64,000 bases of DNA from the human T2T-CHM13v2.0 reference genome, Homo sapiens. The notes under the pieces are model-generated. The model was not told the DNA's origin and ran no database searches. It saw only the letters and a program-made list of their open reading frames with translations. The stretch lies in assembly GCF_009914755.1 (NCBI RefSeq), contig NC_060939.1. One strand, written 5' to 3'. Position numbers and translations under genes: made by a program. Below are positions 28,660 through 42,720 of this stretch, one piece after another (positions within the stretch are counted from its first letter, which is position 1; each line of letters starts with the position of its first letter).

Positions 28660-28940
28660 ACACACCAGCTAATCTAACCTTGCATAGGACTGAGATTTCC
28701 CAGGGGCCCAACTGCTGTGTTTCAGAAATCAGAGCTCTGAGATGGAACCGGCTGTGCACTAACCTTATAGCCCTGATTAATTCCCTCCCTTTGTTTGCCT
28801 CATTATCATGATTAGGTTCTGCCCGTAGCATAGCAACGGCTAATTGTAGGCTGGTTGCAGAGTGCATAATTCCTGCTATTAAAATTTTATCGAGGCTTAA
28901 TTGTGCTCCTTTTTGCTGCGGTGAAGCTTCAAAGTTTCAG
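28660..28940. promoter_or_regulatory. Candidate enhancer (RFX X-box, SOX, TCF and homeodomain sites)
   Basis: GTAGCATAGCAAC, CTTTGTT, CTTCAAAG and multiple TAAT cores; motif evidence only. Confidence 0.4.
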
Positions 28941-29419
28941 AAGAGAGGGGATGTGGTTAGTGGGAACTGATGATGTTTTAATCTTAGCAAGCCCTGTAAA
29001 ACCCTACTCTGCAATATCATTGACCTTGAGATGGTTTCCTGTGGCCAGAAAGAAGCCCATCATTTATTTATTAACCCACCAGAAGGTCTGCAAACATCCC
29101 CTGTGGCCAGGCGGAAAGCATATTATAGGTCAAATGCCATTACAGAAAGCCCCAAAGGGCTGGAAGACCAAAGAGTGTGGCCGTGTGGGCATTAGGGTGG
29201 GGGAGGTTCGGTGGGGAGAGCTGCACTTTGCACGTGGAAGTGGGTCAGTGTGCAAAAAGTTGTGTCACTCCTTAGACACCCAGTGGCCTCTCAGTGGACC
29301 TCCAAAACCTGCAGTAGAATTGACAGGCTTTCAAGGCATTTTCCAGGAACACACCAAATTGCCCAACTTGTGCTTAGTGGGAGGTGGAAAGAAGTGAACC
29401 CATTAGCAGGTACTTTCCA

Positions 29420-29895
29420 CAAATGGTTTCCAAACCCAACTGATCACTAGTATTACCTGGGGAGTTTGTTAGAGCTGCACATTTCCAGGCTCCAGCCCAG
29501 ACCTACGGATTCAGAGTAGGGAGGGAGGCTGGAAGTCACTCCTCAGGTGGCGCACTTATGCTGAGCCACTTTGGGAATCCCTTACCTGTGGAAAGAAGGG
29601 GCTTCGGCAATGTAAAAAAGACAGCAGAACGAGCTGCTTCTTGGGGAGGGGTCCACCTACTCAGCTTAGCTCAAACTGGAGCCACAAGGCCTAATGATAT
29701 GAGATGGCTCTAAGTCAGTGCTTTTCAAATAGAAGTGTGCATCAGAATGCCCTGGAGAACTTGCTAAAACACAGGTTGCTGGGCCCTACTTCCCACAGTC
29801 TCTAATTCCTTAGGTCAAGGGTAGGGCCTAAGACTTTGCATTTCTAACAAGCTTGCAGGTGGTGCTGCTCTAAGGACCACACTTTGAGAACCATC
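29420..29895. mobile_element. Two MER5-family MITEs (~29420-29580 and ~29715-29895)
   Basis: CAGTGCTTTTCAAA..TTTGCATTTCTAACAAGC..ACCACACTTTGAGAACCA. Confidence 0.75.
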
Positions 29896-30407
29896 GCCTT
29901 TGGTGATTCTCCAAATCTGAAATCTGGACCAAATGTGACTCTTTGAAAAGGACTCAGTTGTGTTTCTCAGTCCTCGCATTACAACACTGCTCTACGTGAA
30001 GACTCCATCCTTGTGTCTTGAGCATCTTTCTATAATCCAGAAACAGTGGCATTTGTCATCAATCAAGCTTTGACTTGAGATATTATGAAGGCGGAGTAGA
30101 GCCTGGGGTTTTGTTTTTAAACACAGTTAAATGCAGATAAATCCACTGCCATTTTACCCTTATTAAGTAAAGCAAGGATTTTAAAAGGACATGGGATTTC
30201 AGGCACCACTTAAACAAAGGGCAAAGCATTATTTGATGAGCTGGCCTCAAGCTGGGAAAGGCTTTAGATAATACACAATGATAGAATTATGGTGAGTGGA
30301 GAATAACAATAAGCACATTTGATGGAGAGGAGATGAATTGTGGTGAATTGTGGGTGCGGGGAATGGTGAAAGGGAGAAAATTCAGAGTAAGTGTAAAGAA
30401 GGGGTTG

Positions 30408-30725
30408 TAACTCAAAGGCTAGGCAGATCACAGAAATGCATCAGGCAGACAAGCCAGACCACCATTAAAACCCATGGCTCCAATCTGAATGAGACTATAT
30501 GGAATGGTGAGGACTGTGGTAAACTGGACAGTCCTGGGCCCTCTAACAAGCGGAGGCCTCAAGTCAGCTCTTGCCAGTTGTTGCCATGAAAGAATGTGGG
30601 CCCAGGAGTGCTTGCCCTTCCTTATTTTCAAAAGAAGCTTGGAATGTGGATTCTAAGATAAAATTTCCCTATTTTAAAAACCTTTGCCCCAATCATAACA
30701 TGCCTGTAGGCTATCAGTTTACAAT
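30408..30725 (+). mobile_element. MER102-like hAT-Charlie element
   Basis: GGTGAGGACTGTGGTAAACTGGA..TTGTTGCCATG..GGGCCCAG. Confidence 0.6.
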
Positions 30726-30939
30726 AATAGTTTAGAAGTTTTAAATCCTAATTCATAGGGATGTTATTTTGGAACTGGGAATAGACCAATATTTTTTCCC
30801 TTTTTTTTAAGGAGGGAAGGGCAGGTAGTTTATAAGGAGAGGGAAAAAAAATGAGTAAGATGGGGAAGGAGGATGAAATCATGGAAAACATGGTGGAAAA
30901 GACTTCACTACTCAGGCGGAGCTTGGAGGTTTACACAGT

Positions 30940-31712
<773 letters not shown>

Positions 31713-33109
31713 TTAGTACGTAGCTGGCCTATGAATCAGATAGGATCCTGTTTGGTTAGACGTAACAGAACACCTGATAAATAGTGACTTGAGCAAGTAA
31801 GAGGCTTATTCTCAGGCAACAAGAAGTCTGCTTTTGTTTCATTGGTCAGAACCAGCTGAACCAAGGGGGACTGAGGAAGTGTGATTAACTGGGCACATTG
31901 GTATTCTGAACAAAACAGGGTTTTTGACTAGTAAGGAAGAGGGAGGAATAGGTGTATATTTTGCAGTGTCTGCCACAGCCGTCTTACTAAAAAAAGAACA
32001 AACGTGTTTCTCTCATGATTTTTCCCTTCTGTACCAAATTTAGTCATAAAACCACAAGCCCAGCAACCCATACAGCCAGCACACATTTATCCCATGTTTG
32101 AAGGAAGAGGTCTCATCTTGATTTAATGGCTCAGCATTTTGTATTTGTCTGCCTGCTTCTTCCAGGTTCATTTCATAAAGAGCTGATTGATCTTGAACTT
32201 GATGCAGCCCATTGATACCATCACTACTAATAAAAGGTTTCAGGGCAATCAACTTTAAATTGGAAGCAATGGAGATGAGCAAACATTTTCAAATGAGCAT
32301 ATCTTCTGCAAAACTTAGCAGACTTCCAGGATGGTTGGTACAAGAGAAGAGGTCATAGAAGAAGCTAAATATAAAGTTTGCAGTTCTCATAGTTAGCCTG
32401 TGGCCATTTCAAGAGTTAGAAGCGCCTTGGCGGGAGTGGGGGGAGAAGCAATAAAAGAAAATGAGATTGAAATTCACTCATTTTCTTTCTTTTTAGCAAC
32501 TTCTTGGAGAGAGGAAAAGGAGATGAATGAGACATAATATCACAGAACTTAGACTTGGCAATGCTCTCAGAGATGAATTATCCAGCCTTTCACTGAATTG
32601 CAAATAATAGTAGCTAGAATTTATTGAGTGTTTATCACATGCTAAGTGTTATGCAAAATAATTTACTGGCAATCTTTGATTTTACCTGCACCCCATCTCT
32701 AAAGGGTAGTATGATTTTAATGTCCACTTTACAGACATCAAGTTAAATAACTTGTTCAAGGCCATGGTAAATAAATGGGGGTACCAGATTTCCTGGCTAT
32801 GTGTATTGCCTCTCCTTACTTCTTTTGACCCCATCCCATAACAATCTCTGCTCACCTCTTCCAGGTCTCCATTCCTCTAGACAACTCATTCCTATTTGAA
32901 AAACCCATCCTATTAAGTTGAAGTCCGCTTTTCTGAATCTCTCATCATCTGGTCTACCCTCTGGAGCAACACAGGCTGATTCCTCTGACCTACGATAGTC
33001 CTTCCAATAATGCATCCTCTGAGCTTTTTCTTCTCTATGCTAAACGTCTACAGCCATACTAACCGTTCCCTTCTTAAATGCTGTGTTTCTTCTTCTATGT
33101 GTACTGTAT

Positions 33110-33577
33110 TCAAGGACCGCAAATTCAAAGTTCTACAGACACCAGGATAGTAATGAAAACAAATAGAGCAGGGTAGGTATGGTAAAATCATATGGCTGCC
33201 TCACTCTTTCATTCTCCCACTTTTCTTAGAGACATGGATATAGAGATGCTTTCCTCTACAAACCCAGTGATAAAAGGCAACGAGCACTCAACCTTGCTAC
33301 TGTGGGACAAGAGGGAGTGGTGAGCACTTTGGCAAACTGGCAGCAGATGCTTGATCTAAAGGACACAGGTGCTACTCAGAGCCTGCCAGGTGTTTATAGT
33401 AAAGGAGGGTGACAGCTTCTCTGAGCTTTTCCAAAGCTACTGGAACTCTGGGTTTTCATTTGAAAACTTTTCATCTTTATCAGATTTTTTTTCAATTTTT
33501 CATTTTTTTACAGTATCGTGTGGCCGAAACAATATTCTACAGGCTGGATCCAGCTCCTGGGCTGCTGTTTGACAACT
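33110..33577 (+). mobile_element. MER102-like hAT-Charlie element
   Basis: CGCAAATTCAAA..GGGAGTGGTG..GGCAAACTGG..TCTAAAGG..GCTACTCAG. Confidence 0.6.
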
Positions 33578-33992
33578 GATGTTGCTGGTCACCAGCTGGA
33601 CTCACTCCCCTGATGAAGTCTAAGGCCAGTGGAACTCACCCTTCACTAAACCTACACACCACGCTTCTAGGAATGCAGACTAAATTTGCAATCATTTTTC
33701 CAGCAGTTGTGTCATATTATACTTTAAATTCACACGAAACTGGTGGCTAAGGACCTGCAAGTCTTCATGTGAGTGTTGTCCAGCCTGACCTCTCAAACCA
33801 TCTTGTGCAATGATACGTTGAACCTACCTGCATGGCTTTGCATTTATCTCTGTTGGTCCCCATTCTGTCTTACAGAGTTTGTGCTATTTTTCCCCAACCT
33901 GCTTTTGGCACAGCTTTGAACATTACTTCTTACATGAAATCACCAGCTGGATTCAGTAACTCAGTGAAGTCTGACAAGTCCTAAAGGCATTA

Positions 33993-34217
<225 letters not shown>

Positions 34218-35659
34218 CTTGGCTAGAAATGTGATGCTCCAAGGTACCCCAAATGTCACCAATGCACTAATGAACACCCCTTGCCTTCAGAGTAAAAAGA
34301 AACTAGCCTATGTTCAGCACCTGCCACGAGCTCAAGACTGCCCAGTTCCCTCATTCTCACTTCCCATCTAATGCAGAGACCCTTCCAGCAGCTCTGCCCC
34401 AGTGACCAAGGAAGAAACCCCAGGCTGTCCTCCAGATAAGTCTGAAATCTCCACTCTGGTCTGGAATTCCAAGAATGATTCCTGATTGAACTGTATATTT
34501 GGTTCTAGGTCTCAGGTTCACCCCTGGGTATAGGCCCACACTCTGCAGCCCCAGGATCACTGGCCCCTGCCCAGTGTCCAGCCCAGGCAGCTAGCCATTT
34601 GCCTGTGGTCTGAGACAGCTCCTGCTTGTCCAGGAGGATATACACTGTGCCAGGCACTGTCCATGGCACTGCAACATTCATTGTTTCACTTAATGATGAA
34701 CCCATTTACACATTTACTTCCACTGCCATCTGGCCCACGTTTTTCAGTTGAGCCTTTGATTTATCAAGGAACTTGTATCATTGATGCTCTTCCTGCCTCC
34801 CTGTTATTGTAACTGAGAGCAGAGCACCAAGCTGTTTAGCAGCTTGCATAAAGACAGCAGCACATGCTCACTCAAATTCCCTCCCTTTTTTGAGCTCTTT
34901 GTGCCTCATTATTTTCATTGATAAATGAGGTTGTTGTGAGGGGCCCATTAGTAGATATTAGGCAGTTGTAACAGAACTGGGTATGTAGTGGGCACTCATG
35001 AATGTTAGCTTGAAGGAGAAGCAGTTGAAGAACTAGTCATGGTCATCTCCTGGACTAGCCCCCAGTAGCCAGAGGGAACACCTCTTTATAAGGAAATGTC
35101 ACCAATCTCCTACCATCAACAAGCTCAGCAGCAGGCACTCCAAGTTGTTTTTCTGTCAAAGGGAAAGATTTGGTTCAAGCCATCTGTGTGGCCCAATGGA
35201 TGGCCAATGGAAGACCCAGCATGGTCAATTACCTTACCCTGTGGCTTTGGATCAATTGCTTAACCTCTCTGGGCCCAAGTTCTTCATCCACAAAAAGGAA
35301 ATACTAATATATAGCTTACAGAATTATGGTGAGAGCCAAATGAGATTGAGAGTAAAACACCTGGCACATAGTAGGCACTTGATATAGTAATGATGATAGT
35401 GGTGATGATGAAAATACCCAGACACATGTATTGTCAGTGAATCTTCCCAGTGAGCAAAAGCAGCCTTCCTTTTTTTGTCCTGTCAGATTTGCAAAAATTA
35501 AATTACAAACTTATTGCATGGTCATTATTTTTAAAAGCAAACACAATACAGGCATTTATAAACTAAAATAAAAGTTGGAGTCCTCCTCACTCCCATTCTA
35601 CTCTTCAGAAAGAGCCACGTTAACTGTTCGGTTCATGCCCTTGCTGATGTTTTCCTACA

Positions 35660-35662
<3 letters not shown>

Positions 35663-35695
<33 letters not shown>
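35663..35695. repeat. (CA)n microsatellite
   Basis: Directly visible. Confidence 0.95.
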
Positions 35696-35697
<2 letters not shown>

Positions 35698-35807
35698 TTT
35701 AAAGCAACATTGGGATCATACTATGCATATTGTTCTGCACCTTGCTTCTTTCTCAAAGCAGGTGTCATGGCCACTTTTCCAAGTGAGAGTACATGGAGCT
35801 AATCCAT

Positions 35808-36522
<715 letters not shown>

Positions 36523-39500
36523 TCCATCCTTTCTTAAGAACCAGAGTATTCCATTTTATAGATGGTACATAAAATGTGTTGTGGACTCTTATGTTTTTTC
36601 CAGTTTTATGCTTATTACTAAGAGTGCTTCAAGTAATATCTTTGCAATATACTTTGTGTACATATGTGAGGATATTTGTAGGTTCTGTTCCCATACAAGG
36701 AATGACTGGGTTGGAGGATATGCACATTTTAAATGATGTATGAATTTACTGTACCAATGAAAACTCCAGTAGTGCAGGCAAATTCCTGCCTTTCTATACC
36801 CACCAAAGCATAATTTCAAGGACTTATATTCTGTGGCCATTAAAATATAATGAAATTGACAATCCAAAAAAGTCTGACACTCTTGACCTTGGCTTTGCTC
36901 ATACTGACCACCGCTGCCTATGCCAGGACCTTGGCCCCATCAGCCACCTGCGAGAACATACAACCTTCCTAAACAGAGAAAGCTCTCACCAGACTCTTCA
37001 CTGTGAAGGCAAACTTGATAACAACAAATGCCCATGCTTCAAATAGAAGCATTGATTTTCATTTTTTAAGAGTATAAATAGATTTGAATCACACATAGTA
37101 TATTGGATTTGGGAAGAAAATATTTCATGACAACCTGCCAATATATTTGTTTTCTTATCTTTCAACAAATAAGAATGGAGATTAAAGACTGCTGAAGTGA
37201 AGAGAAGCTGACAATGCCACTCAGAATGGCCATTCTGATACGCATTGAAATTTCGGAAATGTAGGCTCTAGAAAATATATATATATATTTAAAATTGTTA
37301 ACTGTAGCACTACTTTAGCTCCATCATAAGCTTCTTTTCACCCTTCCTCCTTATTCCCCTGACACAAGTCATGTTTTTCTCAAGACTGACATAATCAATA
37401 ATCTCTCCAAAAGAGATTCCTGGATCTCAAATCCCGGAAATATGGGCGGGGGGTGATATTGTGTTTCTGTTTTCTCTTTGCTGAAAGAACAAAAACAAAA
37501 AAAATAATGATAGTTGATCCATGAATAAAGTACAAATGTGGCCTATTGTCTTAAAGGTACAGGGACCCAATCCACCCCCATGCTGTGAAAGTGACCCCAA
37601 TGGCTATGGATCATTCTCATCCCCTGAATCTTGGGGCTATGTCTGTTGGTCCAATATGTCCTACAAACTAAATAGGCAGTGGAAATTTAAGTAAATAGTA
37701 TTCATTAACATTGTGATCATGTGTGGCATTTTCTATTACTAAATGATCCTAGTACACAGATTATTCACTTAAATAATCAATCACTGTCAACAAATTACAG
37801 GATGCAGAGAATGAAATTAGCAAAATGAACTATGAATGTAAAATTCATTTGAAATTCAATTTAGTGACAACGTTAGCTTTCAATTAGTCTGCCCAACTGT
37901 TTGAATGTCTTCCTTTTGCATTGATTTTTAAAAAAATGTAATTAACTTTTTACTGTTAAATTGCTGTTGGGTGCAACAATATCATTGTTACATGGCTCCT
38001 ATTGCTGGGGAGTGAAAGGATTAAATGATGAGTCAGGATGAGGGCAGTGGAGTGGGGCTTCTCCTCATGACTGAAGGGCTGGGGAATAAGAGGAGCCCAG
38101 GAGCGGGAAATGGATGTTGTTTGAGCTGAGGCTTCCCCCACGGGTGTCCGGTATTGCTGCTATTGTCTCTAGATTCTTGGAGAAACCTTCTCAAGACCAT
38201 CTCCTGCTCCAGATTTCTTGCTCCCTATTTCACACAAAATGGTTTGTATTCTACATTTCCTGTCAACTTCCCAGAAAACTCGGCCCCTTCTCTCACTACC
38301 TTATTTCCTTTCGTGATTCTCTGACACCTTTTATTCAATTGGTCTGGCTGGAGAGCTGGAGTGTCCCATCAGACTCCAGCTCCTTCTCAGCTCCCACAGA
38401 CAGTGCCACCTCTTCAAGTCTTCTTCCAGTCGAACTCGGCCACTCTCTTCCTGCTTGTGTCTGTGGTGGCCACAGTGGTCTGGGTCCTCATCGCCACTTG
38501 CTTTGTTGCAGCATTGCATTGTGGCAACCTCACCTCTACCCCACAATCCACCCTGCACACTTCTGCCAAGCTTTAACAGAGCACTCCCAGACTCAAGACC
38601 CCGCCGCCGCTCCCTGCTGCCTCTGCGACTGAGCCCAAGCCTCCCTTCAAAGGCCACCCCTCACCACCTGTGGGGCGTGGGCTCCCCCACTTCCTCTGCC
38701 TCTGTGCCCCTCGAGTACAGGTTGCCCACTTCAAATTAGCCTCCTCCTTAGCCCAAAACGTGTTGTGCACTTTCCTGCCCTCACACCTTTGTTCTTGCCA
38801 GCTTCTCACCTGGAAAGAAAACACCTTCCATTTCTCTTTCTTAGTAAAATCCTTCTTACCCAATGCCCAGCTCAAACCTCACATCTGCCAGGAAGCCTTC
38901 CCTGCCACACCCCAGGCTCCAGTGATCCGTCAGCTTCAAACGGTTCAAGAACTTATTGCCTGGGACATTCCTTTTGATCTTTAATAACACGCTTTGTGAT
39001 TTTCCTCTGCACTCTCAGCTGAATTGTACATTCTTTGAAGGTAGGGACACGCCTTGTGGTTCCTGCTTCTTGCCGACAGTCTTGCTTAATGGGCAATGGC
39101 TTTTCTAAGCCTTTTTTGAAAAAGGACGGCACCAATCTCTCTCATCTACTGTGTTCAGGACTGTCTTGAGGGGGACAGCTCAGCTGTGGTGAGAACCAGG
39201 AAGCCTATGCATTGGAGCAGGGTGTGGTGGGTGGGCTGGCCGGGGTTACGGTGAGGCAGGCAGCCTCAAGGAGCAATTACAACATGTGGACACGGTAAAA
39301 CTGTCTCTTGTCAGCTGCACTGGCTGAGATAATCTTGGTTCTGAACCACATCCCTGCCTGTTCCAGATCACCCATTATCTCTCCAGAGCTGCCGCCACTG
39401 CTGGGAGACACAGGAGTGTTTAGCTGTGCCAGGGGTCTGCAGATAGAGGCAGTTTCTTATCCCGTCTTCACGAGGAGCTGCAGGGAAATAAGTCACACTT

Positions 39501-39925
39501 AGACATTAAGAGGCCTCCATCCTTCAGCAGCCTGGCAGCAGAATTCTTTATGGGTCTGAGGAGAATCTCCATGAATTATTGGGATTCATCCCTAAGAACC
39601 CCATGGGGATGTGGCCCGGATGTTGAACCTGTTCCTTCTTAGGTCTGAGAATAGAAAGAAACAGCCTCACTCCTCTCTGAGCGGTAGCTCCCTTCCCTTA
39701 GCTTCCAAAAGCCAACTCAGTTCTCCTCGGTACTAGCTAGCTGCCATTTATGAAGCCATCGTTTGTGTGCCAGGAGCCATGCCAAGTGCGTCACATATTT
39801 TATCTCGTCGAATTTTCATAGCACCCTACAAAGAAAAGTTCTCATTTTAGAGATGGGATTCCTTAGGCTGGGGGCAGTTAGCAAACACAGCTGGTCAGCA
39901 GAGCCGAGTCCAGATTTCCTCTTTC

Positions 39926-40316
39926 TTTTTTTGAGACAGGGTCTCTCTCTGTTGCCCCGGCTGGAAGTGCAGTGGCATGAACACAGCCCACTGCAGCCTT
40001 GACTTCCTGGGTTTACTTGATCTTCCCACCTCAGCCTCCTAAGTAGCCAGGACTACAGGCACATGCCACCATGCCCAGCTAATTTTTTAATTTTTTTGTA
40101 GAGGTAGGGTCTCATCATGTTGCCCAGGCATGGTAGCCTGAACTACATCCCTGACTGTTACAGACCACCCCATTACTTCTTCAGAGCTGTCGCCACTGCT
40201 GGAAGACACAAAGAATGGGCAGCCGCTCCAAAGGCGAACTCGTGGGCTCAAACAATCCTCCTGCCTTGGGCTCCCAAAGTGCTGGGATTACAGGCGTGAG
40301 CCACTGCGCCTGGGCC
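39926..40316 (-). mobile_element. AluJ carrying a ~100-bp non-Alu insertion (~40134-40235)
   Basis: TSD CAGAT(TT/CC)CCTCTTTC; consensus CAGGCTGGTCTCGAACTC is broken and resumes at GAACTCGTGGGCTC. Confidence 0.9.
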
Positions 40317-42534
40317 AGATCCCCTCTTTCAACCACCACACAACCTGCCTCCTAACCCAACAGGTCCAGAATCCCATCTCCTCTGGGAAGGCCCCCACCT
40401 TCAGGCTGCCTAAATCATGGGATTGCTGCCAACATCCATCACTCGTTTCTTTCTGGCCTGTTATAAAATGATGGCATCAGGTGCTTCTCCTGACATGTGG
40501 GCTATGAAAATGTGTGGATCCGGGATCACCATGCCATGTTTCCCATGAACTAAGTATTTGGGCAGGAATCAGGTTGTCCACCTCCAAGCCTGGCTGGCTA
40601 GACTCTCTTCAGGGTGTCAAGACTTAAAATGAGGGTCTAGGTGGGTTTTAGGTCATTGTGGCTGCTGTGTTGCCTTTCCCCCATCCCATATACTCTTTGG
40701 GATACCTTTGAGATAAAGTCAGCAGGGCAAGCTCTTCCCAGTCCCTTTCTTGGATTTAAGTTCTGGCTTCACACATGCTGGGTGCCTTAGTAAAGGACTT
40801 AAACTCTTTGTGCCTCAGTTTTCTCCTCTGTAGAATAAAGACAGCCTATTACATTATCTGAGAAGCAAATGAGATAAAGAATATTAAACATCTAGCACAA
40901 TATCTAGCATACTGTGGGTTTTCCACAAATGTTTGTTTCTTTCAGATCCCAAAGAAATAACCATGAGTATAACTGGAACTGGAGAATAAAGTCTGAACAA
41001 CACACACACCTCAGACTGCATGCCCAACCTCCAGGTGAGCAGGACCCAGGCCCCTCTATCAGCTCTTAGCTCATTTTCCTATTACTAGAGCTCTTACTCA
41101 GGCTCAGGGTAGACAGCGCCCTTCCTAAGGAGGCAGAGAGACAAATGGGAGAGGGAAGCAAGACTAGCCCCACCCACTATGCTTCTGCCTTTAAGGACAC
41201 CGCGGAGGTTGCCTCTCCCCTCCTCCTCAGCTCACTTTGCGTACATCTTACACTAGTACAGACAACTTTGTGGAGGTTTGCAGAGAAATGGAGCAGTAAT
41301 TGAAGGGAGTAGTGGAGTCAAGGGAGGGCTCTTTAAAGATGGGAGGTGTTATTTAACACATTTAATGATCAAATAGAAAAATTAGTGGAAGAGCAAAGGA
41401 TGCTTCCACTGAATCTGGTTTGGCCATTTTATCTGGCCTCCTTTCATCCCCCTTGAATTTTAGGCTAAAGTTCTCTTTACCATGTCAGTGACTCCCTTCT
41501 TATACTCAGTAGAAGCTGTTCATCCGGTGGAAAAAACTTTGGAATGTGGGTTCAAATCCTGGTTCTGCCCATTATTGGCTGGGTAGCCTCTCTGGGCCTC
41601 TATTTCCTCACCATTAAATTGAAATAATAATGCTTTCCTCTTGAATTTGGTGTGAGGATTAAAGGAGTCATGTTTGGCCTGGCCCAGCACTTAGTGGGAG
41701 CTCAAAAATGGTCATTGTTGTTGCTACCATTATTTTATTGAAAAGGTTCTTCCAAGTCTTTGTGATATGCACCAAGTCCCTTGTGAGGAGCCAACCATAA
41801 ACTACAGTCCTCAACACTAATATGTGGGCTCTTATTAGCATGAGCAGTGGCTGGGACTTGAGTTTTCACGGTTGTTCTGACAGAGCCCTCCTTACCTAAC
41901 TCTTTGCATACCTGCCTGGGTTTGCCACTCTCTGTAGGATAGTGTTCCTGGGAACTCCGCATGAGCCTGATGCTGCCTCTTGCACCCTGAATGTGTCAGA
42001 CAGGGAGGCAGCTTCCCCATCCTGGGCGGGGTGCTGCGAGATGAGCAGTCACTCTGCCTTTTAACCCCCTCCCTGTTCCGTGTTGATGACTGGGCAGGTG
42101 GGGGCAGTTGCTGTGAGTGGACGCATCTGCTGTGGCTTGTCAGCCTGTGTCAGACTCGACCCTGAGGGCAGATAGGGTCCCAGCTAATGAAAAGCCCAGA
42201 GCCACAGCCTCTGGGGTAGCTCCGCAGCTGCTGTCTCTGTTTTCTTTTTCCTTTTCCTTTGTGCTTGGCAGTTCTGGCCCTCGGCACAGCAAGACCAGCA
42301 CTAGAGACACAAGCACTGAGGTTCCCTTCTCCAAAGATCAAGTTACAGAACACATTCTCTGGCTCACCTTGAAGAACAAAGACTTGAGAAAAGCAGCCTG
42401 CCTGGGGATGAGGAGGCGGCTGCCTGCTTGATGTAATTTCAGGGTCTCTGGAAAAATCTCTTGAGCTCCAAATATTTTCCTGCTATAAACCTGAGAATGC
42501 CATCATTGGAGACTCAATCTTTTTACATTTGGAG

Positions 42535-42720
42535 CAGTGGTTCTCAAAGTGAGGTCTGTCTCTGCCCCATCCCATCCCCAGCAGCATCTGCATGACTTGG
42601 GAGTTTATTAGAAATGCAAATTCTTGGGCCCCCACCGCAGACCCCCTGAATCAGAATCTGGAGGAGGGAGTATCTGTGTTTAACTGGCCCTGTGGGTGAT
42701 TCTGACGCCTTAGTAACCCC
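42535..42720. mobile_element. MER5A MITE
   Basis: CAGTGGTTCTCAAAGTG..TTAGAAATGCAAATTCTTGGGCCCC..TGAATCAGAA. Confidence 0.85.

Noticed and set aside
28903-29397. 164-aa ORF
   Set aside because: GTG start, no recognisable homology or splice structure; length within chance expectation for 64 kb in six frames.
38114-38984. Several overlapping ORFs up to 172 aa
   Set aside because: Non-ATG starts in a C/T-rich, probably decayed L2 region; no recognisable domain.
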